A stretch of 64,000 bases of DNA from Eledone cirrhosa (lineage: Eukaryota), in assembly GCA_964016885.1 (NCBI GenBank), contig OZ024743.1:265732001-265796000 (forward strand), given 5' to 3'. The notes below the pieces were generated by a model. It ran no database searches, was not told the origin of the DNA, and saw only the letters and a program-made list of their open reading frames with translations. A program made the translations under genes and the position numbers. Positions 46,961 through 58,456 of the stretch are shown one piece after another. How positions within the stretch are numbered: position 1 is the stretch's first letter; every line of letters begins with the position of its first letter.

Positions 46961-49389
46961 ACATGCACACACAAAACACAACACAGCATTTATATGGTCG
47001 CTTGAGCTGTTAAAAAGCATTACTGTATCTTATAGGACACAATATGTGATGTAGTTTTAGATATATACTGTTAGATACAAAGGTATCATCATGATTCAAC
47101 AATCCGTTGCACATATATTTGATAGATTCGACGATGTTCCTTTATCCCCTTTCTAGAAATGAGACCTAAATCTCATATTACACCTGATATTGTTTAAAAT
47201 ATATAAAGAATGATGTAAACCTATAAGTAGTGTTCTTCATTGCCCAGCAAAAATATGGATTGAATAAATATATCAGTGTTACTTGATACAAAATAGTTTT
47301 CAGTGCGCAATTATTTAATCAATACTCACGCTACTACATTGTAGCTGACGAAAACTATTACGGCTTTTGAAATATGTAAGTTTTATGTTCTGTTCAGGTT
47401 TCTTACTCTTGTTGCCAATTTGCAGCTTTGTCTAATCTATCGAAATCTAGCAAAGCGAGAAATAAATATACCTCTTTCATCATATTCATCAGATATTCAT
47501 TTTTACGATAGAAAAAAGTGTAAACCGTCAACATAAATTATTGAAACCGCTCCTACTGATGTTAAAGTAACATACGGTTAATTTTGCCTACAGCGTGATT
47601 TTGATTCTTAATCACTTTGCTCTTTGAGAGGATTTAATCTATTTTATAGTAAGCTATGAAGTAGATTCTCTCTCTTTCTAGTTAAAGAGGATGAACTAGT
47701 CAGAATGATATCTATTTTGATTGCTTTTTTCTTAAATATTATTTCAAATGAGAATGTCTAGCATATACATTTTTTAGTAATCAATTTAACTCCAGAACTG
47801 CAACCGCGAGTTGGTGACGCTGCAGTTGTAGCTTTTTTTGTTGATGTTGTTTACATTCCAATTATACTTTATCACGCAGACCTATGCTCAAAGTCATGTC
47901 AGCTATATTCATCACGTTTATGTTTCTAAAATGATATACAGGAATTGATGGAGACTTAGTTACTATGTTCACTGTTATTGCTCTTTAGACTAATGTCAGT
48001 CTTGATTGAACAGAATTATGAACAAATCATCTGGTCTGCAATCTTTTACGATGAACTCAGTCACCTACTTATTATACATATATGTAAGAGACTATGTATT
48101 GAATAGACAATCAGCAGCACTTATTGTTTAAAACGGCTAGACCTTTGAATTACAGATACTATATATCCTATATGATGCTACACAGATTATATCCGCCCAG
48201 TTGCAATAAGAAGCTCTGAATCTACGTGAAACTATATTAAAATTCCTCTGTTTCCTTTGTCACAAAATAAGATCGAATCCGAAACCTCATGATTGTGAAA
48301 TGGATTTTATAATAGTTTGGCGTGTAAGCAATCTAGTCAAATATATATAATAGACTAAATGATCACGGCTGGAATGCTTTTGCTCAAGCAAGACTGACAT
48401 GAGCCTAAACGGTTGCAAACAATAGCTGTACGGTATTGCTCACAATGTGAGAGAAATGGAGATAGATAGAGAAAAATCAATCCTTTCTTTAGGATGGCAT
48501 TTGATCCTGACAAGAATTATGGAGAGTAAAGTTTATTTTGATGATATTTGAACTCAGAAATGAAAAAGGAAGAAGAAAGTTACAAAAAGAAAAATGAAAA
48601 CGAAATAAATACTACAAAGCATTGTAACCAATGTTCTAATATTTCTAATAATTCTTCACATATCTTACTAAAAGACACACAACCGAGTTAGTCAATTTAC
48701 TTCCAATCTTTACTGTCTACAGAAAAAAACCCTAATTTAATACAATTCGATGTTAATTCTTTGGTCGATGTTCCTCTAAAACGCATTTTGTTATTTCAAC
48801 ATTTTCATTTAATCGATATCAGCAAAGTCAGCATTTAACACTGACAACAAGAGATTACAATGTATTCCCCATTATATAACAAATATGTTTTTTTTTTACT
48901 TACATCTAATCTTGCATGATTCTATTTAAGATAAAATGAAATATATCTCACATTTCTGTGAAACATCGGGATTAGTTTTCCAAAGAGGAAAGTTTGTATT
49001 CACGCTTCAATTCCACCACTTGAGGAATTACTCACATAAACACGCACGCATACAAACAAACACACACATACACATGCACACGCACACACTCACACACACT
49101 CACAGGCACACACATACACACAAACACACACACACATATATATATATATATTATATCTTGCTATAAACTAGAAACAAACTACTATTAAAGGACTCAAAAT
49201 GTCAAAAGTAATATTATTACATATATATTATGAATGTTTGCTTTCGTTTCAAAATCAACAATTTAAATAGCAGTAAAGTTTTGGAGAAGTTTTCATCGAT
49301 TACTCTCACTATGTAATTTGTATGTATCTATCACATCTTTAAAGAGACCAATGATATGACCGCCGGGCTATTTTTATTGTTTTCTGCAG

Positions 49390-49514
49390 TAGTTTATCCT
49401 GTAACTGGTTGATCACAACTGATGATTCTCTGGAAATTGTTAAGCTAAAAGTACTTGATACAGAAATGGAGAATTCTACTGACTGTTCTAAGGATGTTGT
49501 TCATGTATACGACG
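49390..49514 (+). CDS. CUB-domain protein, exon B (DSLSCNWLITTDDSLEIVKLKVLDTEMENSTDCSKDVVHVYDG)
   Basis: tttctgcag acceptor, G|gtaagt donor; phase matches exon A; CxWxI..E..CxxDxxxxYDG motif. Confidence 0.9.
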
Positions 49515-50028
49515 GTAAGTAGTTGCTTCACATTCAAATTCTGTTTCACTCATACGACATTCATACGACAAACTAGTTAGTGAAAAGAATGTTCCTTTCC
49601 AATACGCCTTCTGCATTTGAAGTTTTCATTGCTATTCACAGATTGACGTTTCCACTGCTCACCATTTCAACCGATGAAGAACCGTAGGTTAAATTGTCAA
49701 AATTGACGGAGTGTATTATTTCTTAGAATCTGACACATATATATATCCAATTACTGGACAATAAATTACACAATTATGGTCTTGTGTACATGATCAAATC
49801 TGCATTTAGTAAAAGAATGAGTTTAAAATTATTAGGGCAATAATAGTTCAATCTAGCCAGAAATCGTATATTATTGATTAGATTGATTAATGAGAGGAAG
49901 GCTAGACAGAAAGTTTCATCATCTAGTTTTCAGTCTGACATATCCCGTATTATAGATTGACTATTAAATACTTCATTGCACAGTTAAACAATGTACTTAT
50001 CAAATTCATATTTCTAATTTGTGTATAG

Positions 50029-50181
50029 GTGGCACTCCCCGTAGCCCAAAGCTTGGTTCGTGGTGCGGAATTGAAACCCCCGAATTTATCAGTACAGGCA
50101 GAAAAATGTACATAACATTCATCACAAACGATAAAGCACATTTTCGTGGATTTAAAGCTAAATTTATTTCGGAACAGAAAG
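50029..50181 (+). CDS. CUB-domain protein, exon C (GTPRSPKLGSWCGIETPEFISTGRKMYITFITNDKAHFRGFKAKFISEQK)
   Basis: tatag acceptor, G|gtaggt donor; LGxxCG..STG..MxIxFxT..GFxA motif; phase matches exon B. Confidence 0.9.
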
Positions 50182-50304
50182 GTAGGTTACAATGCATATA
50201 GTTTCCTCATTTCATTCTTGTTTCTCTTCGTTATTATAATACATTGTTATAACTTCGTTTCAGCACCTTTGTGGTTCAATGTGTTAGTAAAGAAGAGTTT
50301 TATG

Positions 50305-50338
<34 letters not shown>

Positions 50339-50651
50339 AAAAGACGATCGACTTTCGTCAAATCGAACTGAGGAAACAATGTTTCTATTGGTCTTTCCAA
50401 TTGCTAATACTATCTATCGGTCGCAACTCCAGGTAGAAGGAGCAACGTGAAATAAAGTGTCTTGCTGAAGGACTTAACGTATCGCCTGGTCCAGGAATCG
50501 AACTCACAACCTCACGATTGCGAATCCAATTCTCTAACCACTCAGCCACACGCCTTCAATTTATACATATATATAATTGGTGTTGGATGCCTAAAGAGTC
50601 CGTATGCGGTAGGCCGTATGAGCACTCGATGCTCTCATAGAGCAGTGTATG

Positions 50652-50785
50652 ATATCAAAGAAAAAAAAGAGAATCAGTGTTGCGACGAATGGAATTTATT
50701 GGACATATCAAAATCGTAATACGATTGTAATATGTCCAATAAATTCCATTCGTCGGAACACTGATTCTATTTTTTTCTGTGATAT
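50652..50785. repeat. Hairpin (~57-bp inverted arms)
   Basis: GAATCAGTGTTGCGACGAATGGAATTTATTGGACATAT / ATATGTCCAATAAATTCCATTCGTCGGAACACTGATTC. Confidence 0.85.
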
Positions 50786-50798
50786 ATATATGTATATT

Positions 50799-52045
50799 GT
50801 TATACTTGGGGAGGGTCATATTGTTGTAATTTTGTAATAATATTGCCAGAATTAATAACAGGGCACACTCACAGTTTGGTTGGTTTTCGCTTCTGTATCT
50901 TATATATCAGTTAATTTATTCGGTCCTCAATGTTTAACAATGACTGACCAACGGTAAAAAAATACAGATATAATATAGACACAAATACATATATATAATC
51001 TAACAAAGTTCTTTCGTTGCACATCTGCAGCGTCGTCCTTGGTGCTATTATTATGTTCCTCCTGTTGTATTGTATATCTACGCCATCTTTATTTAATATG
51101 TTATTTTTTTTTTTGTCTTCTTCTTTGCGCATGCGTTGGCGTGTGTGTATAGTGTTTGGTGTGTGTTGCGTTTTTGGGTGACTGTGTGTTGGTTATTGTA
51201 TTCTATTAGTTTACTAGTATGTGTTTATATATGTTTGTTGTTATTGTGCTTGTGTGTATATATTTATTTAATTATTTATATTCCTCTTAGGTCAGTATTA
51301 TTTGTTTGGGTGTTGTTGTTATTCCATTCATTTTTTCTGTTTAGCTTCGGCCTTCTAAATTCTATTTTACTTTCGTCTCTGATTAGCCTATCGGCTGGGT
51401 CATTTCTATGTTTATATATTATTTTAATTTCTATGTTGTCTATGTTACCGTCATGCTGTTGTCTGGCGTTTTCGTATAGTACTGAACCGTTTGTTCGTCC
51501 TTTTAGTTCCACCCCAGTGTTGGTCTCTCCTTTCACCTATGCTACAAGCTGTCTCGCCTATGTTGTCATATTTCTGCAAGTACCCTCTGTACATATTATG
51601 CTATAGACTACGTTTCTAGTTTTACAGTTTATCCGCGAGGTTACTTTACATTTCCTATTAGTACAGTGAGTTTCCTTAAAAGGGTATGTTTTGCTGATCA
51701 GGGATTTTATAGTAGTTCCTGGCTTTTCTACGACCTTAATTTTTAAGACGGTCTTTCTCGGGGCCTTTTTACACTGGTTAGCTAATTTACCTCCAGGGGT
51801 AGTGTCCACGAACATGACAATCTGGTATCTCTGATTGTCGTACCATGAGGTGGCTCTTCCTATCATATGTTTAGTCCTATCTAAGCTATTCCATGATTTG
51901 TTCATGTATAATGGGCAAATTCCTTTCATGCCCAGTTATATGCGGGTCTTATACTTCTCCGTTGCTCCTTCGTATACTCTGATTCTGTCTCTTTGGTTGT
52001 AGTCAGAGAAGAGCAGGCGTTGATGAAGTGTTGGATGTGTCTTTC
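50799..52045 (-). mobile_element. 5'-truncated degenerate Naiad-like PLE, same family as 20305-21426
   Basis: ORFs 51558-51929 (VMFVDTTPGGKLA..KVVEKPG..CKTRNVVYSIIC) and 51276-51536; same 3' end CCTCCCCAAGTATAAC next to TA repeats. Confidence 0.87.
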
Positions 52046-52910
52046 CAATGGATCACAGACTGGCAACTGAAGCTGGCTGTGGACAAGTGTACCACCATGC
52101 ATTTTGGGAGGAAAAATCCAGCATCCACATATTCCCTCCACAACACTGATATCAAGAAGTCCTCTTGTGAACGTGACCTGAGCATTACTGTTAGCAGCGA
52201 TTTGCGTTGGACAAAGCATGTCTCTAAGATTGTCAAGAAGGCCGAGGGTGTCTTGGCATCACTCAGCAAGACCTTGGTTAGCCGCTCTCCAGCCATCTAT
52301 TTAAAGCTGTATACAGCTATGGTACGACCACACTTGGAATTCGCATCATCAGTCTGGAACCCCTATCTTGCTCAGAACATTGACCTCCTGGAAACTGTTC
52401 AGAGACGTGCAACCAAGCGCATGCCCTCCATCAGACACCTACCATTCTCTGAACGCTTTGCTTCCCTGGGCATGGGTTCATTGAAGCTCCGACGTCTGGC
52501 AATGGACTTGTTAAACACCCACAAAGTTATTAACCATCTCGCCAACAACCACCCTGAGCACCTTTTTGATCTCCATGTGTCTAACATACGTGGACATGCC
52601 TACAAAATCAGAACAACACAGCCCCCATGACTTTCGTAAACATTTTTTCACGCTCAGAGTTGTTGAAGCATGGAACAAACTACCTGCGTCAGTTGTTAGC
52701 TGCCGAGACACTGCATCCTTTAAAACAGTCATGATTCCCGAAATACGCCAAAACTACACCTGATGTACCCCTTCCATACACATGCACACATGTGTATATC
52801 ATGACTCATGCACTGTTCATTTTCCTGACGTTTGTACATTACCCTATGTACTATACATATACTTTTTGATGAGTTGTAGTGCACCTGAGTACTGTACACA
52901 ATATTTCATT
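52046..52910 (+). mobile_element. CR1-clade LINE 3' fragment with (ATT)n tail
   Basis: WQLKLAVDKC..ERDL..LYTAMVRPHLEFASSVWNP..LETVQRRATK..RGHAYK..FFTLRVVEAWNKLP. Confidence 0.88.
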
Positions 52911-52924
52911 ATTATTATTATTAT

Positions 52925-53038
52925 TCTGAGTCCAAATCCCGCCGAGGTTAACTTTGCCTTTCATCCTTACGGGGTCGATAAAATAAAGTACCAGAAATAC
53001 ACTGGGTAATTGCTGGCCTTGTGCCAAAAGTAGAAACA

Positions 53039-53092
<54 letters not shown>
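52925..53092 (+). mobile_element. 3' half of the tRNA-SINE with an expanded (ATT)n tail
   Basis: same SINE body as 32489. Confidence 0.85.
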
Positions 53093-56000
53093 CCTTGAAT
53101 CTCAGTCATTGATGTTGGTTAACTGGAAAGTCCGTTGGATTGAATATCAAGCCACTACCTGCAGCCTCAGATATTCAGGACGTATCGGAGGGTTCTTGCT
53201 GTTCCAAGCAAGCATGCCTTTTGAAGCGTTCCAAAAAGCGTGAAGGGGCCGATTTTCTTTAACCATCCCTGGAAACCTTTGGAGATAGTCCCCAGTGCGC
53301 CTATGACAATCGGGATCACTTTGACTTCGTGGCAGTTCCAAATCCTTTTCACCTCCCACTTTAGGTCCTGGTATCGGTTAATTTTCTCCCTCTCCTTCTC
53401 TTGCACTCTCGTGTCGAACGGGCAGGCCACATCCACAATCAGGCACGATCTTTTTTCTTTGTCCACAACCAACAGGTCAGGTCTATTGTGTTCCAGTTTT
53501 TTGTCCGTCTGTATCCTAAAATCCCACAGCACCTTCACCTGACTGTTCTCCATCACCGCCTCTGGCCTATGCTCATACCATTTCTCAGAATGTGGTAGAT
53601 TGTTTACTTTGCACAGGTGCCAGTGGATCACCCTGCCCATCACATCGTGTCTCCAGCCCCTATAGTGGGTCTGGGCTAGGTGTTTACACTCGGACACAAT
53701 GTGAGCCACAGTCTCCTCTCTCTCTCCACAGATCCTGCACAGTGGGATAGCCTCCTCCTTGTAGATATGGTGCTTCAACCACTTCGTTATTGAGGGCCTG
53801 CTCCTGCGCAGCCATTAGCATTCCTTCTGTAGCCTTTTTGAGGTCTCCTCTTCTCAACCAGTTCCATGTCTGTGGATCTCTAAATTCAGTTTTCTCAAAG
53901 AAGGTACTATGAAGGGATTTTCCCTTAAGGCTGCTCTTCCTCCTTGATGTTATTTCCTCCTTGGACATCCCCTGGCCTACTGTCCCCTCCTTCAGTACAG
54001 TTCTGAGCATTGGCTCCTTACTATAGGTCACGTATTTGTATAGGTTGTTTTTCTCCATCTGAACACAGTCCTCTATGCTGATAAGACCTCTTCCACCCTC
54101 AGATTTCCTTAGGTAGAGTCTATCGACATCACTCCTCTTGTGGAACATGTTGTAGATAGTCAATAGCTTCCTAGTCTTCCTATCCATTTCTTTTTGTTCA
54201 GCAACATTCCATCTCAGAATTCCCGCACTGTACCTAATAATAGACACAGCTCGGGAATTTACTGCGCTTATGGCATTTCTGCTGTTCAGATGTGACTTCA
54301 ATACGCTCCTTACTCTCCGAATGTATTCAGTTCTTAACAATTCCTTCATTTTTTTGTTCTTTATGCCATCAGCCTCCAGAACGCCCAAATACTTGTATCC
54401 TTCCTCAGAGTCAATTTCCTTTATCATCTCACCTGTTGGTATCTGGATCCCGCTACTTCTGCTCAACCTACCCCTCTTCATCACAATGACTCCACATTTA
54501 CCAATACCAAACTGCATACATATATCACTGCTGAAAATACGGACAGTGTCAACAAGCACATCCAACTCCTTCTCACTTTTCCCGAAGAGCTTAACATCGT
54601 CCATGAAGAGGAGGTGATTGATGGTAAGCTCTCCCCTTCCCAACTTGTATCCTGCTCTCACTTTTCGCAGCATAATGGTCAAGGGCATCAGGGCAAGGAC
54701 AAACAACAGAGGGGACAGGCTATCTCCCTGGAAATTACCTCTCTTGATCTTCACGCTTCCCAAGGATACTCCAGTTGATGTCAACTCTGCCTCCCAGGAC
54801 CCCATACTCCTGCCCAGCAACTGTCTGATGTTATCTGCCACCCTGAAGACCTCCAGGCTTTTGGTGATCCAGGAATGAGGCACCATGTCAAATGCCTTTC
54901 TGTAGTCTATCCATCCCATGGCAAGATCAGTGTGTCTCCTCCTGCAATTCCCCATTACCATCTTATCAATAAGCAACTGGTCCTTTGTACCACGTGACTT
55001 CTTTCGGCATCCTTTCTGTTCGTCCGGTAACAAGTTGTTTGTGTGGAGGTGATGGTAGATTTCCTCAGACACAATGCTCGTCAACAGTTTCCACATTACG
55101 GGCAGACATGTGATAGGTCTATAGTTGGTAACATCATTACCCTTGATTCGGTCTTTCATTATCAGAACTGTGGTACCTTTTGTCAACCACTCTGGCACCT
55201 CACCCGACACCAAGCAGTCATTGAACATGGCCGTCAGCTTCGGGTGGAGGGATGTTAAATGTTTAATCCAATACCCCTGCACACCATCTGGGCCTGGTGA
55301 TTTCCAGTTGGTTAGTTTTTTTGCTTGCCCCTTAAGAGTTTCAACTGTGATACTCAAATCAGTCTGTTGTTGTGCCTTCTCACCGATCTCCCTCTGTACT
55401 GTCTCAATCCACCCTGCCTGGGCATTGTGTCTAACATCCTGCTCCCATATTCCTCTCCAGAATGTTTTAGCTTGTTCCGCCCCAGGGATCAAGTCGTTGC
55501 CTCTTTCTTTCCCCTCAAGCTGTCCAAACAGCATCTTCTGGTTGTTGTCGAACATGCGGTTCTGTTTATACTGACTGACTCTGTTCTCGTATCGCTTGAT
55601 TTTGGCACACTTTGCTACAATGCGTTGCTTCAATTCCTCTATGATAATATTTAGCTTTTTACTCCTAGTTTTGTATTTTATTTCCAGTCTATTTTTAGTG
55701 CCTATGTTTTTTAGTGTCCCATTCAGTAGTGACTCAAGCTTTCCTATGTCATTTCTCATTTCCCCGATTTGCCCACTCAGTCGCTTCTTCCACCACGGCT
55801 CTGCTCTTTCTTGTCTGTTGTTTCCTCTCGCTTTTATACCAAGTAGTTTCCTCACCGTATTTGCTGTTGCTTTGAGGATATTGTTGCACTGGTGAAGACT
55901 CCTCGCCTCAAGGTATGGGATGACTTTGTTTACCCTAGCTGTTGTTTCTTTTAACTTTTTCCTGTCTACAAATCTTAGGTTCATAGGTCTCCCACTATCA

Positions 56001-56680
56001 TTGTTCAATTCATCTACCACTAGATTTAGGATGTCAACCGAATCTTGTCCTAGCCCGTCAGCATTCATCTCCTCAGTGGCCGTATCTCTGTTCCAGGTAT
56101 TATTTATCTCAGTATTCAGATCATTGTCTGCTTCGGGTGGTTCCTCCGTTCTCAGGACCTCCTCACCTTCATTTCCCACCGGCTCGCTTGTCTGGCATAC
56201 TACACCCGCCATCTCCAAGCCATTCTCTCTGCTCAGTTCCTCCAGTTCCAGCTCGCTTATCCACCCATTAGTTCTTATTACCCGAGCCTGCCCGGCCAAT
56301 TTTTGTTCATCTAATTGTTCCAGATGTTATGCATCCGTCTCCTGTAGCCCCTCTCCTTGGGGTTACTTTTCAGGTAGCATTGCATAACAGTTCTATTCAA
56401 TTCTTTCGTCCAGTTGGTTCTGGCCCCTTTCCTTCTTCTTCTTCCTCCAACATCAGCAGTATTTGGTTGACAGTCAGGTTCCTGCTGCTGAGCCAGGGGG
56501 CACCTGTTGGGTGAGAGTCTGTCACATGACGTTCTAGTCTCCATTTCACCGTTATTCGAACTGTTTATGTTCGATATTTAAACACTCTTATCGAGGATTG
56601 GCGAATGTATGTTTACATAGCCATCTGTGGATCCGCCATCCCACTTGGCCCTTGTGTGGCATTATCACCACGCTGTATAC
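53093..56680 (-). mobile_element. Near full-length R4/Dong-clade RLE retrotransposon inserted in (TAA)n
   Basis: single ORF from 56544 to 53167 broken at ~56310 and ~53789; 3' end abuts (TAA)n. Confidence 0.92.
53684..56299 (-). CDS. R4/Dong reverse transcriptase ORF (main segment); C-terminal CCHC + RLE continues in 53167-53778
   Basis: KSPGPDG, NYRPITCL, IDYRKAFDMVPH, QGDSLSP, LFMDD, YKYLG; then CRICGEREETVAHIVSEC, RHD, RPDL..IVDVACP. Confidence 0.9.
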   Translation of the reverse strand: MAGQARVIRTNGWISELELEELSRENGLEMAGVVCQTSEPVGNEGEEVLRTEEPPEADNDLNTEINNTWNRDTATEEMNADGLGQDSVDILNLVVDELNNDSGRPMNLRFVDRKKLKETTARVNKVIPYLEARSLHQCNNILKATANTVRKLLGIKARGNNRQERAEPWWKKRLSGQIGEMRNDIGKLESLLNGTLKNIGTKNRLEIKYKTRSKKLNIIIEELKQRIVAKCAKIKRYENRVSQYKQNRMFDNNQKMLFGQLEGKERGNDLIPGAEQAKTFWRGIWEQDVRHNAQAGWIETVQREIGEKAQQQTDLSITVETLKGQAKKLTNWKSPGPDGVQGYWIKHLTSLHPKLTAMFNDCLVSGEVPEWLTKGTTVLIMKDRIKGNDVTNYRPITCLPVMWKLLTSIVSEEIYHHLHTNNLLPDEQKGCRKKSRGTKDQLLIDKMVMGNCRRRHTDLAMGWIDYRKAFDMVPHSWITKSLEVFRVADNIRQLLGRSMGSWEAELTSTGVSLGSVKIKRGNFQGDSLSPLLFVLALMPLTIMLRKVRAGYKLGRGELTINHLLFMDDVKLFGKSEKELDVLVDTVRIFSSDICMQFGIGKCGVIVMKRGRLSRSSGIQIPTGEMIKEIDSEEGYKYLGVLEADGIKNKKMKELLRTEYIRRVRSVLKSHLNSRNAISAVNSRAVSIIRYSAGILRWNVAEQKEMDRKTRKLLTIYNMFHKRSDVDRLYLRKSEGGRGLISIEDCVQMEKNNLYKYVTYSKEPMLRTVLKEGTVGQGMSKEEITSRRKSSLKGKSLHSTFFEKTEFRDPQTWNWLRRGDLKKATEGMLMAAQEQALNNEVVEAPYLQGGGYPTVQDLWRERGDCGSHCVRV

Positions 56681-57630
56681 GAACACACATAAACAAACAA
56701 ACACACGGGCAGAAAGGGCCCCAAAAATGAATAAGCATAAGTTTCATTGTAATGTAGTATTCGAATGTCTGACTTAGCTTTTGTTTCTTAAGTTTTAATT
56801 TTTCCCCCCTCTTCTCTGTCCGTCCGCCTGCTTCTCTCTTCATTCTTATTTTCTTTACGTTTTTGGGGTTTCTTTTTTTGTTTTTGTTTTTCTCTGTTTG
56901 TTTTTCTCGTTTTTTGCTGTTGTTGCTGTGCTGCTTTGGTTTTGTTGTTTGTTTTTTTCTTTTTTCTTTTGAGTCTATCTATATATTTTGATGCCTTCCT
57001 CTTTGTTAGTAGTAGGGATTCTATAATGTGGAAGTAGTAGCAGCCAGCAGGGAGAAGTGGGAGAGGGCGGCGTTGGCGATACTGAGACAGTGGTGGTGGT
57101 GATGTCGATACCGAGGCAGTGGTGGCGGTGATGCGACCGTATTACTGTAGTGATGGTGCTGTAGCGGTGGCAGCAGCAGTGAAGGAGTCAAGGGGTGGTG
57201 GCGGCGGTGATGGGATAGTGGTGGTAATGATGGCCGTAATGAGCGGTGGCGGTGAAGGTGAAAATGCTGTTGTGTTTAGTGTACACAGATGATGGGGTGG
57301 GTGGTGTATCTAGTTTCTGGTGTTGGTGAGTTTAGCTGTCCTATATAGTGTAGCCAGAGGAGAGGAGGGGGGGGGGTTCTTCTTCTTCCATGTATAGCCA
57401 TTTTTTGGGGGGGATATACAGTGTACAATACAAAGTTGAATATTTGAATATTTGAGCCTTATAACAATATATTTTGGGTCCGAATTTTTTGGGGCTCAAG
57501 CCGGGTGCTTTACGTAGCATTTGTACTAAGAGTTGTTATTTCACAAATGATTTAAATATGTTAAAAATTCAAAACTTACGGGAGCGATTTCATGACCTCC
57601 GTCACCTCGTGCGTCTTCTTCCCTATTATA

Positions 57631-57701
<71 letters not shown>

Positions 57702-57703
57702 GT

Positions 57704-58412
57704 TCTTTGAGTCTCAGTCATTGATGTTAGTTAACTGGACAGTTTGTTGAAATGAATATCAAGCCACTACCTGCAGCCTCATATATTCAGGACGTATCGG
57801 AGGGTTCTTGCTGTTCCCAGCAAGCATGCCTTTTGAAGCGTTCCAAAAAGCGTGGCGGGGCCAATTTTCTTTAACCATCCCTGGAAACTTTTTGAGAGAG
57901 TACCTAATGCGCCTATGACAATCGGGACCACTTTGACTTCATGGCAGTTCCAAATCCTTTTTACCTCCCACTTTAAGTCCTGGTATCGGTTAATTTTCTC
58001 CCTCTCCTTCTCTTGCACTCTCGTGTCGATTGGGTAGGCCACATCCACTATCAGGCACGATCTTTTTTCCTTGTACAAAACCACCAGGTCAGCTCTATTG
58101 TGTTCCAGTTTCTTGTCCGTGTGTATCCTAACATCCCACATCATCTTCACCTGATCGTTTTCTATCAGCGACTCTGGCTTATGCTCATACCACTTCTCAG
58201 AATGTGGTAAATTGTTTACTTTGCATAGGTGCCAGTGGATCACCCTGCCCATCACATCATGTCTCCAGCCCTTATAGTGAGTCTGGGTTAGGTGTTTACA
58301 CTCGGATACAATGTGAGCCACAGTCTCCTCTCTCTCTCCACAGATCCTGCACAGTGGGCTAGCCTCCTCCTTGTAAATATGGTGTTTCAACCACTTCGTT
58401 TTGAGGGCCTGA
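57704..58412 (-). mobile_element. 5'-truncated second copy of the same Dong family (CCHC + RLE + 3'UTR)
   Basis: ORF 57779-58390 closely matches 53167-53778; (TAA)n on both sides. Confidence 0.92.
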
Positions 58413-58456
58413 TCTTGCAGTTCTCTATTATTATTATTATTAATATTATTATTATT

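Noticed and set aside
49419-49442. CTGATGA..GAAA hammerhead look-alike
   Set aside because: Lies within CUB exon B (TDDSLEI) and has no convincing stems
54270-56387. Plus-strand ORFs overlapping the Dong element
   Set aside because: Antisense shadows of the RT ORF with no recognisable motifs
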